Positions 20,335 to 30,967 of a DNA stretch of 64,000 bases are shown piece after piece. The notes under the pieces were generated by a model that was not told where the DNA came from, searched no databases, and saw only the letters and a program-made list of their open reading frames with translations. Each line of letters opens with the position of its first letter. The first letter of the stretch is position 1. The position numbers and the translations under genes were made by a program. Origin of the DNA: Dehalococcoidia bacterium (GTDB lineage Bacteria; Chloroflexota; Dehalococcoidia; Lucifugimonadales; JAGWBF01); the NCBI GenBank assembly GCA_965116325.1, contig OZ220675.1, positions 316,235-380,234 of the forward strand. Reading direction: 5' to 3'.

Positions 20335-21258
20335 ATGCAGTACGGCGTGAATATTCCCCAGTTGTTTTCCACCGACCGGTTCGACGCAGATATGCTCAGG
20401 CGCTATCTCGCCATGGTCGAGGACAAGGGTTTCCACAGCGCATGGGTGATGGAGCGCGTGGTGGGCACTCCCCCAGCCCTCGACCCGCTGGTGCTGCTGT
20501 CCTACGCGGCAGCCAACTCATCGAAGATCACCCTGGGCTCCAACATCATCATTTCGGTGCTCAGGAATCCGGTGATACTGGCCAAGAGCCTCTCCAGCAT
20601 CGACCATTTGTCTGATGGCAGACTGATCGTTGGCTTGGCCTTCGGGGGATTCACCCAGGAGCCTTACTATCCCGCCTTCGGAGTAACTGCCGGATCGGCC
20701 GGCAGCCGCTTCGAAGAGGGTGTTCAGATCATGAAGAAACTGTGGACCGAGGAGCGGACTACCTTCCAGGGCCGGTTCTGGCAACTGGACGACATGGAGG
20801 TAACCCCAAAGCCTCTGCAGAAGCCCCACCCGCCCATCTGGTTCGGCGCCCACTCGCCCTCCGCCCTTAGGAGAGCAGTCCGCATGGGAGACGGCTGGAC
20901 GGGCTCATCGATCCTGTCCACCAGCCGGTTTGCCGAGGAGCTGGAGCTGCTGAAGGGATACCTGGATAGCGATGGACGGGACCCCGCCGGATTCAAGATC
21001 TCCAAGCGCGTGTACATGGCCGTTGACAACGACAAGGACAAGGCGGGGGGCCATCTGCGGGACTACTTCGGCAAGATGTATGGCAACCCGGACCTGGGCC
21101 TGGAGGCGGGGACCTACGGCAGTCCTGGAGAGTGCGTCGAGGACTTGGCGGAGCTGGCGCACATGGGGTTGGACGAGATCATCCTGGATGTCGTCTACGA
21201 CGAGATGGAACAGGCCCAGAGGCTGGCTGAAGAGGTAGTGCCTAACCTACCAGCTTAG
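20335..21258 (+). CDS. LLM-class (possibly F420-dependent) oxidoreductase
   Basis: DHLSDGRL, PKPLQKPHPPIWFG, GDGW. Confidence 0.9.
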   Translation: MQYGVNIPQLFSTDRFDADMLRRYLAMVEDKGFHSAWVMERVVGTPPALDPLVLLSYAAANSSKITLGSNIIISVLRNPVILAKSLSSIDHLSDGRLIVGLAFGGFTQEPYYPAFGVTAGSAGSRFEEGVQIMKKLWTEERTTFQGRFWQLDDMEVTPKPLQKPHPPIWFGAHSPSALRRAVRMGDGWTGSSILSTSRFAEELELLKGYLDSDGRDPAGFKISKRVYMAVDNDKDKAGGHLRDYFGKMYGNPDLGLEAGTYGSPGECVEDLAELAHMGLDEIILDVVYDEMEQAQRLAEEVVPNLPA

Positions 21259-21327
21259 CGAAGAACAAACCTGCATGGCGGGCGCCCCCACGAACGACAA
21301 TGACAACGCTAGTCATTTCACTCGCTT

Positions 21328-21762
21328 CTAGAGTGAAATGCCCTCCCAGCCCGATTCGGACATGTCTATGATGACGCCGTCAGGCCCGCGGAACTTCACC
21401 TCGGCATAGTTGGGACCCGACCCCGTGGCAGTATTGTGGCCGAAGAGGCCGCCGGTCCCGGGCTCGGCGATGCGGGTGAGCCTCTCACCCCCGGCCTCCT
21501 CCACCCGCTCGGCGTAACCCGCCATGTCTTCAACATAGAAGCCGAAGTGATGAATTCCGCTGAAGTTGGGGCCGTGAGCGCCTACGTCGGGGTCGTCGTC
21601 GGTCTTAAAGTTGAGGATGGCCATGTTGATGACCCCATCGCTGAGGAAGACCTGGCCCTTGGAGTCCCGTTTCAGCTCTTCCATACCAAAGACAGCCTTG
21701 TAGAAGTCGGCAACTTTTCCGGGATTCTCGGTTGTCAGCGCAATGTGTCGCAGCTTGCCCAT
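21328..21762 (-). CDS. VOC family protein
   Basis: KLRHIA, GIHHFGF, EVKFRGPDG; ATG after GGAGG. Confidence 0.85.
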   Translation of the reverse strand: MGKLRHIALTTENPGKVADFYKAVFGMEELKRDSKGQVFLSDGVINMAILNFKTDDDPDVGAHGPNFSGIHHFGFYVEDMAGYAERVEEAGGERLTRIAEPGTGGLFGHNTATGSGPNYAEVKFRGPDGVIIDMSESGWEGISL

Positions 21763-21852
21763 CTCATTCCTCCACGCAGTGATGGTCCTTTTAGCCAACG
21801 GTAAGACCTGCCGGAACACTCTGTCAAGGTGTGGCGGATCGGTAGGAACAAG

Positions 21853-22419
21853 CTAACGGTCAGAGGCCTTCAACAGCCCCGCGTGCTTCTCGCGGAGCTT
21901 CTTGACCTTGGGGTCGATGACGAAGCGGCAGTACATCTGGTCGGGATTGCTCCGGTAGAAGGACTGGTGGTACCCCTCGGCATCGTAGAAGGTCCCCAGA
22001 GGAGCTATCTCCGTAACGATGGGGCTGGCCCACACCCTTTCATCGTCCAGCCGCTGAACAGTCTGCCTGGCTATGCGCTCCTGCTCTTCGTCATGGTAGT
22101 AGATGGCTGAACGGTACTGCGTGCCGGTGTCCGCTCCCTGGCGGTTTAGGGTCGTAGGGTCATGGTAGGCAAAGAACAGCTCCAGGACGGTCTCGTAAGA
22201 CAGCACCGTCGGGTTGTAGTGCACCTGCACCGCCTCGGCGTGGCCGGTCATCCCTGTACAGACCGCGCGGTAATCTGGGTTTTCGGTCCGCCCGCCGGTG
22301 TAGCCGGAAACGACCTTATGCACCCCTTCTACCATGTCGAAGACCGCCTCCACACACCAGAAGCAGCCTCCGGCAAGGGTAGCGGTCTGTAGGTTGGAAT
22401 TCACTTCGTTCACCCCCAC
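21853..22419 (-). CDS. msrA: Peptide-methionine (S)-S-oxide reductase
   Basis: GGCFWC, TGHAE, HDPT, GTQYRS, AEGYHQ. Confidence 0.96.
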   Translation of the reverse strand: MGVNEVNSNLQTATLAGGCFWCVEAVFDMVEGVHKVVSGYTGGRTENPDYRAVCTGMTGHAEAVQVHYNPTVLSYETVLELFFAYHDPTTLNRQGADTGTQYRSAIYYHDEEQERIARQTVQRLDDERVWASPIVTEIAPLGTFYDAEGYHQSFYRSNPDQMYCRFVIDPKVKKLREKHAGLLKASDR

Positions 22420-22444
22420 GGTGATATTCGAGGAAGAGCCCTTT

Positions 22445-23203
22445 CTATCCCCGCCCGATAAAAGGCATCTTGGTCGCCATTACAGTCAGGAATTGCACGT
22501 TGGCATCCAGGGGCAGGCTGGCCATGTACAGAATGGCATTGGCTACATGATCCGGGTCCATGGTCGGTTCCACCTCTATGGAGCCGTTAGGCTGGAGGAT
22601 GCCTCTCTTCATATTGGCCGCAATTGCCGTGTCCGCGTTCCCTATGTCGATCTGGCCGCAGGCGATGTCGTACTTACGGCCGTCCAAGGATGTGGACTTG
22701 GTGAGGCCGGTGATGGCGTGCTTGGTGGCGGTGTAGGGCGCCGAGTTGGGCCTCGGGGTGTGGGCGGCTATGGACCCGTTGTTGATTATGCGCCCGCCCA
22801 TGGGCGTCTGGGACTTCATGATCTTGAAGGCTTCCTGGGTGCAGAGAAAGGACCCGGTCAAGTTGATATTGACCACATTGGTCCATTGTTCGTAGGTCAT
22901 ATCTTCCAGCAGGGTTGGCGGTGGACCAACTCCGGCGTTGTTGAACAGCAGGTCAAGTCTTCCGAAGCTGGCCATCACTGCTTCGAACAGGTCCCTAACC
23001 GATGCCAGGTCACCTACGTCGGTGGGCACTACGAGAGCTTTGGAACGGTGAGGCCCAGCTTCCACTGCGGTAGCTTCGAGGAGTTCGGTCCGCCGTCCGG
23101 CAAGGGCAACGCAGTAACCATCACGAAGCAATGCCTGGGAAGCAGACTTGCCGATGCCGGTCCCCGCTCCCGTAACGATGGCTACTCTTGGCGGACTTTC
23201 CAT
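22445..23203 (-). CDS. Short-chain dehydrogenase/reductase
   Basis: [17 protein letters not shown]. Confidence 0.92.
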   Translation of the reverse strand: MESPPRVAIVTGAGTGIGKSASQALLRDGYCVALAGRRTELLEATAVEAGPHRSKALVVPTDVGDLASVRDLFEAVMASFGRLDLLFNNAGVGPPPTLLEDMTYEQWTNVVNINLTGSFLCTQEAFKIMKSQTPMGGRIINNGSIAAHTPRPNSAPYTATKHAITGLTKSTSLDGRKYDIACGQIDIGNADTAIAANMKRGILQPNGSIEVEPTMDPDHVANAILYMASLPLDANVQFLTVMATKMPFIGRG

Positions 23204-23215
23204 CGAGGCTGCCCC

Positions 23216-24046
23216 CTAACTCCCAGGGGTCCCGTATTGCTGTTGGGAGAGGGTGCTATACGTCACCGGCGACAGGGAAAGCAGCCCGCCATCCACCGGC
23301 AGCACCACGCCAGATACCCAGCGGGCATCGTCGCTGGCCAGGTACAGCGCTCCTGCGGCGATATCCCAGGCCGTTCCCTCGGTGCCCAGGGGAGATGCCG
23401 AGCGGCGTATTTCTCGCAACTCATCATCCATCCTAGGGGCCACCATCGGGGTATAGACCAAGCCCGGGGCGATGCAGTTGACCCGGATGTTGTCCTTTCC
23501 ATGGTCTGCCGCCATGGACATAGTTAGTCCGATCACAGCGGCCTTTGAGGTGGTGTAGGGTGTGCTGCTATGGGCCCTGAGACCGGCAATGGAGGAGATG
23601 TTGATGATGGAGCCTCCACCGCTCTCGATCATGCGCGGAATAGCGTAGCGGCTGGTCAGGACTATGCTCTTGACGTTCACCGTCATGACATGGTCCCAGT
23701 CCCCTTCGCTGACCTCCACCACGCTCCCGCGCCGGGAGATCCCCACGTTGTTGTCCAGGACATCCAGGCGTCCGTACCGCTGCACGGCAGCTTCGACCAT
23801 GCGATGGCAGTCCTCGGCGTGGGTGACATCAGCTTCGAAGACCGATGCTTCGCCGCCCTCCCCTCGGATCATGGTCAGTGTTTCTTCGGCACGTTCCCTG
23901 ACCTGGTCAACGACCAGCACCTTGGCTCCCTCGCGGGCAAACAGGACGGAGGCAGCTTTGCCATTGCCGATACCCGGCCCGCTGGAGCCGGCGCCCGTAA
24001 CAATGGCGACCTTGCCCGCCAGCCTGCCTTCATTCGCATTTACCAA
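23216..24046 (-). CDS. Short-chain dehydrogenase/reductase
   Basis: TGAGSSGPGIGNG, NNVG, YTTSK. Confidence 0.92.
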   Translation of the reverse strand: MVNANEGRLAGKVAIVTGAGSSGPGIGNGKAASVLFAREGAKVLVVDQVRERAEETLTMIRGEGGEASVFEADVTHAEDCHRMVEAAVQRYGRLDVLDNNVGISRRGSVVEVSEGDWDHVMTVNVKSIVLTSRYAIPRMIESGGGSIINISSIAGLRAHSSTPYTTSKAAVIGLTMSMAADHGKDNIRVNCIAPGLVYTPMVAPRMDDELREIRRSASPLGTEGTAWDIAAGALYLASDDARWVSGVVLPVDGGLLSLSPVTYSTLSQQQYGTPGS

Positions 24047-24104
24047 CGTGTTCCCCTGGTCATCGAGATGTGTGGAACTTCAGGTGTTCTACCGGGGCGT
24101 CTGT

Positions 24105-24689
24105 TTAAGAACCGAATTCGCTCATCAGGTCTGAAACTGCCTCGTTGAGGCTGCGCCCAGCACCGCTGCGGGTGGCGATGCGCTCCTCCGCTAGCCGGAT
24201 GTTGGGAACGGTCTTGATACTGACCAGCACAGGCCCGGGCTGCTCGAATATTTGTGCCGCCTGGGTGGAGAACTCTTCCAGGTCGTCGAACTCATAGCTG
24301 CTGGCGTATCCTGCTTCCTTAGCCAAGCCGGCGTAGCTGGTCACACCATTGCCGGGCACCGGCTGCCCGCCCGTGGTGCCGTAGATGCCGTTGTCCATCA
24401 CGAAGTGGTACATGTTCTTCGGGGCCTTGTTGGCGATGGTGACCAAGGTCCCCATGTTCATGATGAGGCTGCCGTCGCCATCGAATACGATGACCTTGGT
24501 GTCGGGCTGGCTCAGGCACACGCCAAGGGCAAAGGAAGAGGTCTTCCCCATAGCGCCGCTTATGGCGATATCCCGCTTGATATTGTTGGACACTTCCTTC
24601 CAGCCGACCGTGGCCCTCATGGTGGGCACGATTACGGCATCACCCCGGAATTTCTCTATGACGCCCATCAGATCGACCTGATTGATCAT
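24105..24689 (-). CDS. ThDP-dependent decarboxylase beta subunit (ComE / phosphonopyruvate decarboxylase-like)
   Basis: GAMG, DGDGSLIMN, DNGIYGTTGGQ; ATG after AGGAGG. Confidence 0.85.
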   Translation of the reverse strand: MINQVDLMGVIEKFRGDAVIVPTMRATVGWKEVSNNIKRDIAISGAMGKTSSFALGVCLSQPDTKVIVFDGDGSLIMNMGTLVTIANKAPKNMYHFVMDNGIYGTTGGQPVPGNGVTSYAGLAKEAGYASSYEFDDLEEFSTQAAQIFEQPGPVLVSIKTVPNIRLAEERIATRSGAGRSLNEAVSDLMSEFGS

Positions 24690-24817
24690 CTGCAACTTCC
24701 TCCTGTGTGACCTGGGTTTGAACGCCCCTACTTTACCACAGGAAGGCCCGCATGGGTTGAAGCTGTTATGTCGCGGGGCCGAAATAGTGATATTATCTGA
24801 CGGCGTAGGAGGCATAC

Positions 24818-25648
24818 GTGCGACTGCAAGATCGGGTAGCCATCATCACGGGCGCTGGGCGCGGCATCGGCAGGGCTATCGCCTTGGCCTATGCCCATGA
24901 AGGGGCCAGGCTGACCCTCGCCGCCCGGAGCCTCGACGAGCTGGCGGAGACGGAGCGTCAGGTCAGGGATCTGGGCGCTGACACACTGGTTATAGCCACG
25001 GACATCTCCGATGCGTCCCAGGTGGAATCGATGGTCAAGGGTACCTTGGAACGATACGGAGCCGTGGATATCTTGGTGAACAACGCCGGCGTCCTGGGCC
25101 CCATTGGCCCGCTCCATGAGTGCGAGATTTCAGACTGGGTCCAGCCCATCCATGTGAACCTGATCGGCACCTACCTGTGCTGCAGGGCCGTCCTGCCGAC
25201 GATGCTAAGCCAGGACCGGGGTAGCATCGTCAGCCTGTCTGGAGGGGGAGTGGGCACCTTTGGCACAGCCCACATGTCTGCCTACCAGGCGTCCAAATCG
25301 GCCCTGGTCACCCTGACGGAAACCCTGGCGATGGAACTGGAAGGCACAAAGGTCAGAGTCAACGTTATGTCGCCCGGCGGGGTGCACACCAAAATGATGG
25401 AGGCGATCCAGGAGTCAACCCTGAGCGTGGGCAACACCTGGTGGTACGAACGCTCCAAGGCTGTAAACGAGGGCGGCGGCACTCCCATCGAACGGGTGGG
25501 AGAGCTGGCAGTGTTCCTAGCCAGCGATGAGTCCGACAGCTTGAACGGCCGGTTCCTGGCCGCTAGGGACGATTTCTGGAACCTGTCGCCCCGGATTCCT
25601 GAGATAATGGCCTCCGATGCTTACAAGCTGAGGCGTATAGAACTGTAG
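24818..25648 (+). CDS. Short-chain dehydrogenase/reductase
   Basis: TGAGRGIG, NNAG, YQASK. Confidence 0.92.
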   Translation: MRLQDRVAIITGAGRGIGRAIALAYAHEGARLTLAARSLDELAETERQVRDLGADTLVIATDISDASQVESMVKGTLERYGAVDILVNNAGVLGPIGPLHECEISDWVQPIHVNLIGTYLCCRAVLPTMLSQDRGSIVSLSGGGVGTFGTAHMSAYQASKSALVTLTETLAMELEGTKVRVNVMSPGGVHTKMMEAIQESTLSVGNTWWYERSKAVNEGGGTPIERVGELAVFLASDESDSLNGRFLAARDDFWNLSPRIPEIMASDAYKLRRIEL

Positions 25649-25694
25649 CTGCTCGGGGCGCCAGCCCCAAACAACATCGACGAATGGAAATGCA

Positions 25695-27365
25695 ATGCCT
25701 GAAATGATGACCGGAAAGAGAGCTATCCTGGAGATGCTCAAGGCCGAGGGTGTCGACTACATATTCGGCAACCCCGGCACCAGCGAAGGCCCCCTGATCG
25801 ATATGCTGGGGGACTATCCCGAATTCAAGTACATCCTGACCCTTCAGGAAGCCGTCGCAATGGGCATGGGTGAGGCATATGCTCGGGCCAAGGGAAGGGC
25901 ATCCTTTGTGAGCCTCCACGTGGACAACGGCCTCGCCAACGGAATCACCCTCATCCTGGACGCTTACCGCACAGGGACCCCCATGGTCGTATCGTCGTGC
26001 AACTACGATGCGCGCAAGGTGGCAGAGGGGCTGACCGACCTGGCCGCCATGGTGCGTCCCGTGACCAAGTGGGCTGTCGAGCTGTCCCTGACGGAGCAGA
26101 TACCCAGCGTCATGCGCAGGGCCTTCAACGAGGCCAACAGCCATCCGAAGGGCCCGGTTTACGTGGGCTTCACGTCGAACGCTCTGGAAGCCTCCGCCGA
26201 TATGAACATCATTCCTTCAGGCAAGGTCCACGATGCCTACGGCCCCAATCTAGACGGCATCGAAGAAGCTGCATCCCTCCTACTGGAAGCACGCAACCCG
26301 CTGATGATCGTCGGCGACCGGGTCTCCGACGATGGAGCTAACAACTACGCGGTGGAGCTTGCAGAGCTGTTGGGCCTGCCGGTACGCCAGTCCCGGGGCG
26401 CGGAAGTTTCCTTCCCCACCAAGCATCCCCAGTACATGGGCAGCCACTCCCTCCGGGTCGCCGCCCACCGGGAGCTCCTGGAGGATGTGGACCTTGTCCT
26501 CACAGTAGGCATGGACACCTTCGAGGAGCTGTTCTACTGGGGGGATGTGGTGCTTCAGCCCACAACCAAGCTCATCCATATCGATCCCGTACCCGGCAGC
26601 GTAGGCAGGTCCGAGCCCACCGACGTGGGAATATTATCCCACTGCGTTCTCGGCCTGCAGGAGCTGATCCGGTCGCTCAAAGGGCGAATGAACTCCCAGC
26701 ACGAGGAGACCATCCGAGCCAGAAAGGCGGCGGTGGTCCAGGAAGCTGCTGCGAACCGGCGCGCCTTCGAGGATTCAGTCGCTGGCAAGTGGAACAGCAC
26801 CCCCATGAACCCGGCCCGCATGATGTACGAGGTTGCCAACGCCCTCCCGACCAATGCCATGGTGGTGGACGATTCCATCAGCCACAGGGCTGCCATGAGG
26901 CACTACTTCCAGGGGGCCGGAAGAGGAGACATCCTGGGTGTCAGGGGCGGCTCCATCGGCGGAGGCATCGGCGCCACCATGGGCCTACAGTGCGCCAACC
27001 CCGACCGTCCTGTGTTCGGGGTTATCGGCGACGGCAGCGCCATGATGGCCATCCAGGGGCTCTGGACAGCGGCCAACGACAACATTCCCTGCGTGTTCGT
27101 CATCTGCAACAACGGGATGTACCGCATCCTGAAGACCAACTACAACGTGTACCAGAAGGACATCCTGAACGAGGACGAACCCGCGGGCAGCAACCTGCTG
27201 TACTCGGAGTTTCCCACACCCTTCGACCTGGCCGCCACGGCCAGGAGCATGGGAGTCCACGGAGAGCGGATAACCCACCCCGGTGAGATAGCGCCTGCCG
27301 TAAGGCGCGCTGTAGCGTCAGGCAAGCCGGCACTGCTGGACATCGTCATCGACGGGTCCATGTAG
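25695..27365 (+). CDS. ThDP-dependent enzyme, benzoylformate decarboxylase-like
   Basis: FGNPGTSE, LQEAVA, GDGSAM...NNG. Confidence 0.88.
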   Translation: MPEMMTGKRAILEMLKAEGVDYIFGNPGTSEGPLIDMLGDYPEFKYILTLQEAVAMGMGEAYARAKGRASFVSLHVDNGLANGITLILDAYRTGTPMVVSSCNYDARKVAEGLTDLAAMVRPVTKWAVELSLTEQIPSVMRRAFNEANSHPKGPVYVGFTSNALEASADMNIIPSGKVHDAYGPNLDGIEEAASLLLEARNPLMIVGDRVSDDGANNYAVELAELLGLPVRQSRGAEVSFPTKHPQYMGSHSLRVAAHRELLEDVDLVLTVGMDTFEELFYWGDVVLQPTTKLIHIDPVPGSVGRSEPTDVGILSHCVLGLQELIRSLKGRMNSQHEETIRARKAAVVQEAAANRRAFEDSVAGKWNSTPMNPARMMYEVANALPTNAMVVDDSISHRAAMRHYFQGAGRGDILGVRGGSIGGGIGATMGLQCANPDRPVFGVIGDGSAMMAIQGLWTAANDNIPCVFVICNNGMYRILKTNYNVYQKDILNEDEPAGSNLLYSEFPTPFDLAATARSMGVHGERITHPGEIAPAVRRAVASGKPALLDIVIDGSM

Positions 27366-27485
27366 CGTCAGGTTCCCGGGATTTCCATCGCCGTTCCATA
27401 CTACCCGGCCCTAGAACACCAAATTCTAGGGGCTGGACGTTTCTCCACCTGAACGTACCTGGATGTCAACCTATGTAGGACTGAT

Positions 27486-28202
27486 CTAGGCTAGCGGTTG
27501 GCGCACACGGACGAGGTAGATGAGAGCCAGTTTTAGAGGGAATAGCAACAGCAATACAATGCTATGCAGCAGAAACAATGGGAAAGTCAGCAGAGGCAGG
27601 TACAACAGCCCTCCCAGTACCACTACCACAGCGACGGCAAACCCGCGAAAATAGAGGCCACGCACGTCGAAGTTTGCCAGCAACCAAGCCGCAAGAAGGC
27701 TTCCGGCCAGTCGCCAGAGCCATTCGAAGTAGAAGGGCAGGGATTCCGCAACATCAGGGAGGGTCACTCCTCCTACAATGAACACGAGAAAGTAGGCATG
27801 CATAAGGCTGGCCCTGGAAGCTTGGCGAGCGAACCAGAGCAGCGGCGGCAACGACAGCAAGGCACCGAGGGTAAACACGTCGAAGAGTTGCGAAAGGGAG
27901 TCGCCATAGCCCGCGAAGGCAGCGCTTAAATACAACAAGGCCGATATACCCGTGAGCACGAGGGTAAAGCTCCAGACAAGGCGTAGTAGAGAAGATTCCG
28001 TATTTCGCAGACGCGGGTAGAGAACGGCCAACACGACGGCCGCTGTCAAGCTCCCTGCTCCGTTGGCAAAGAGAGACAGCTCATGTGTGTCTGGGTTGCC
28101 GTAAGTAGACAGGTCGTAGGCGTATATAGCTAGACGGTAGCCTATCTGCGCGACAAACGGAATGCCCACGAACAGCACCAAGGGCCAACGGTACTTCCGC
28201 AA
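27486..28202 (-). CDS. Hypothetical multi-pass membrane protein
   Basis: Several hydrophobic segments; family not recognised. Confidence 0.6.
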   Translation of the reverse strand: MRKYRWPLVLFVGIPFVAQIGYRLAIYAYDLSTYGNPDTHELSLFANGAGSLTAAVVLAVLYPRLRNTESSLLRLVWSFTLVLTGISALLYLSAAFAGYGDSLSQLFDVFTLGALLSLPPLLWFARQASRASLMHAYFLVFIVGGVTLPDVAESLPFYFEWLWRLAGSLLAAWLLANFDVRGLYFRGFAVAVVVVLGGLLYLPLLTFPLFLLHSIVLLLLFPLKLALIYLVRVRQPLA

Positions 28203-28340
28203 GTGGTCACACCTCTAAGTAGTCCAGGCTATTGATGAACGCCCGAGGGAATGCAACCAGTCAACCGGTTGTCAGAGAGCGACATCACCTGCACACACCC
28301 GTTGCAAACTTAACCTTCACCGTTCTTGCTAGGCTCATTC

Positions 28341-29533
28341 TCACCCGCAGTAGGGCAGCTCTAGACGGTCCAGCTCGTGGTTGGGAACATCCCTCAGCGC
28401 CGACGGAATACAGCCGGTATGGCTATTCCCCGACAGCTTGAGGGACTGCAGGTTGGGTAGCAAGCCCAGCTCCCCCGGTATTTCTCCGGTCAGTTGGTTT
28501 TGGTGGAGCCATAGGGTCTCCAGTTTGTTCAGATTCCACAGCGAGACAGGTACCTTGCCGGTGAGTTGATTGTCCGCGAGCCGCAGTTCCATCAAGGCTC
28601 TTAGCCGGCTTAGCTCGGCTGGGATGGTCCCCGTAAGCCTACGGTTGGTCAGGTCCAGGATCGTGACCCGCTTCCCCAGCGAGCTATCGGGCGTCCGAAT
28701 GGCCTCGATGGTCACCCCGTCCCAGCGAGTCATGGGCGTGTGGAGGCTCCAGTTTAGATCCCCGGTGCCCTGCAAGCTGTCCTTCAGTTCCAAAGGTTTA
28801 GGCAGTCTTGCATGAGTTCGGTGTTGTCGGTATGCTCGGGCCCCGCAGGGTCGCACGGCGCGGTGATTATGTTGGGTTCACCATAGCCTGAGTAGGTGAA
28901 CTCCATTACAGCGGTGTCAGTATGGGTTACTCCGTCGTATTCAGGAGGGAAGAAAGTCCTGCGCTCCCGCACAGGGCGTCCTGCGGAATCAGCCCAGTAC
29001 TCGCCCCGCATGGCTCCTTCTTCTTCCGACAAGAAGATCTCTCTTGTAAGGTGAGGCTCATCGGAAGAGCTAGAGGCGCTCTCGTCGAATCTGCTCGGGT
29101 CCAGGCATGGGGGCGGCGGGGAACGCGGAACGTTCGTTTGTGTAATTCTCCAGTTACCATAAACGTCCGGGTTGTCTTTCGTACTTTCGCGATAGTATCT
29201 CGTCCGGTCCTTTATGATCACTTCGCTCTTGCCTATGAGGACGCCATCCATATCAAAGTAAGTCGACAGAATGTGCTGATCGCTGCCTGAGTGTCGAATT
29301 TCAGCTCGCTCCTCTCCGACCTCAGCCGCCGTTGCAATCACCAGGACATCATAGGGAGTTTCCATGAGATTACAGGTCTCCGAGGTGCTGAGCAGAGCGG
29401 GCGCAGGGATAGAGGCCGGCGGGGATGTTGAAGTAGCCACCGAGGATGGCGTGAGGGAAGGCTGTTCCCCGCCGCAAGCCGCAATGGCAGCAATAAGCAG
29501 CGGTATAACCAAGATACGTGGAATATCCACCAT
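28341..29533 (-). pseudogene. Lipoprotein with C-terminal leucine-rich repeats, split by a frameshift near 28792
   Basis: Lipobox IAAC; LRRs LTGTIPAEL/LTGKVP/LTGEIPGEL; adding one T (minus strand) joins DCLNL to LELKDSLQGTGDLNWS. Confidence 0.7.
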
Positions 29534-29734
29534 CGTTCTCAACACGCCTCGCAGTTTGCTATTCAAGAGGATATCTGGACACCATTATGAACTTCCCGAT
29601 TATATGTCGAGCAGGGAAAGCTAGAGACTGGGTGTTCCTCCACATTCCCCATCCAGCGCCCGAATGTGCGGCCGAACCCATGAACATCACCGGGCTATGT
29701 AGCTGATAACCGCTAAGCTTGCAAGCGGGCAGGT

Positions 29735-30292
29735 TTATGTAAACTGTTCGCGGAGGGCCTTGATCTGGGGGGCGACGGGGACGCCGGGGAACCTGGTGGG
29801 GCCGTCCTCCCGCTCAATCTCTATCTCGATGAGTACAGGCCCCTCGGAGTCCATAATCTCGGGCAGCGCCTCGAGGAACTCACCTTTGCTGGACACCTTC
29901 CAGGCCTTCTTGTACCCGGAAGCCAGCGCCACTTTGCAGAAGTCCGTGATGCCGTGGCCGGGAATGGTCTGGTTGCCGGAGCTCTGGTAGAGGCCGTTGT
30001 AGAAGATGAAGTGGTAGTAGTTGGACGGCGCCAAGGATGCGACGGTGACCAGCGACCCCAGCTGCATGAGGAGGCTTCCATCACCATCCAGCACCATCAC
30101 CTTCCGGTCAGGCGCGCCCATGGCCAAGCCCAGCCCCAGAGAGGCGGCGCTGCCCATGCAGTCGGAAGCATCCACGTGGTCCTGCCCAGACTGGCCGGCG
30201 TCTTTCCATGGGGAGGCGGCCTGCATGGTGGCTACGCTTAGGCAGTCCCCCCTGTACTCGCATAGAGCGTCGATTGCTTCTTGTCGTTCCAT
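29735..30292 (-). CDS. ThDP-dependent decarboxylase beta subunit (ComE-like)
   Basis: CMGSA, DGDGSLLMQLG, YNGLYQSSGNQ. Confidence 0.85.
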   Translation of the reverse strand: MERQEAIDALCEYRGDCLSVATMQAASPWKDAGQSGQDHVDASDCMGSAASLGLGLAMGAPDRKVMVLDGDGSLLMQLGSLVTVASLAPSNYYHFIFYNGLYQSSGNQTIPGHGITDFCKVALASGYKKAWKVSSKGEFLEALPEIMDSEGPVLIEIEIEREDGPTRFPGVPVAPQIKALREQFT

Positions 30293-30315
30293 CCTGCGAC
30301 CGCCCTCCTCGGGTT

Positions 30316-30861
30316 TTACTGACTCGTCGGGGCCCCGATGATGACCGCTACGGGGCCCTCAACCTCCTGGCACTTCCGGTACGCCTCTTCGACCACACCG
30401 ATGTCCTCCGGGTTTTCCAGCCTGTAATAAGGCACACCCCAAGTCTGCATCGTCGGCTCCAGCATGCGCACTCCTCGACGCCGATTGTCGTTGGAGTCCT
30501 TGGTGAGGTCCCTGCCGAACTGCCCTACGAACATGAAGGTGGGCACCTGTGCATCGAAGGCCAGGGCCTTCAGTGTGTTTACCGAGGCGTAGAAGCCGTT
30601 GTTCTGGATGACCATCATCGGCCTGTGACCCGTGGCGTAGAGGCCGGCGTTGATCCCCATGGCCTCATCCTCGGTACACACGGTCAGTATCTTGACCTTG
30701 TCCTGCTGCTCCATGTACGCAAGAAATGTCTTTTGGACCGTGTCGGGGACTGTGATGATGTGGGTGATTCCCAAGTCCACGATGCACTCGGCCAGGGCCT
30801 TGGCGCTTACCGAGGTGGCGACGGGGGCTGGGGTCTCACCCTGGGCATTGGTTGTGGTCAT
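30316..30861 (-). CDS. ThDP-dependent decarboxylase alpha subunit (ComD-like)
   Basis: TVPD, TEDEAMGINAG, IQNNG; directly upstream of the beta subunit. Confidence 0.85.
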   Translation of the reverse strand: MTTTNAQGETPAPVATSVSAKALAECIVDLGITHIITVPDTVQKTFLAYMEQQDKVKILTVCTEDEAMGINAGLYATGHRPMMVIQNNGFYASVNTLKALAFDAQVPTFMFVGQFGRDLTKDSNDNRRRGVRMLEPTMQTWGVPYYRLENPEDIGVVEEAYRKCQEVEGPVAVIIGAPTSQ

Positions 30862-30967
30862 CGGAACACCTTCCTATCGGGCAGGACATTGCTCGCCACG
30901 GATTCTCACCATACGGGGCAGCAGTATATCACCGGGCCTTTAAGGGCGAAACGTGCGACCATGGCTG

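Noticed and set aside
15181-22419. Possible Sec in msrA, msrB or the HesB-like gene
   Set aside because: No in-frame TGA; the Msr catalytic positions are Cys codons and the HesB-like ORF is uninterrupted
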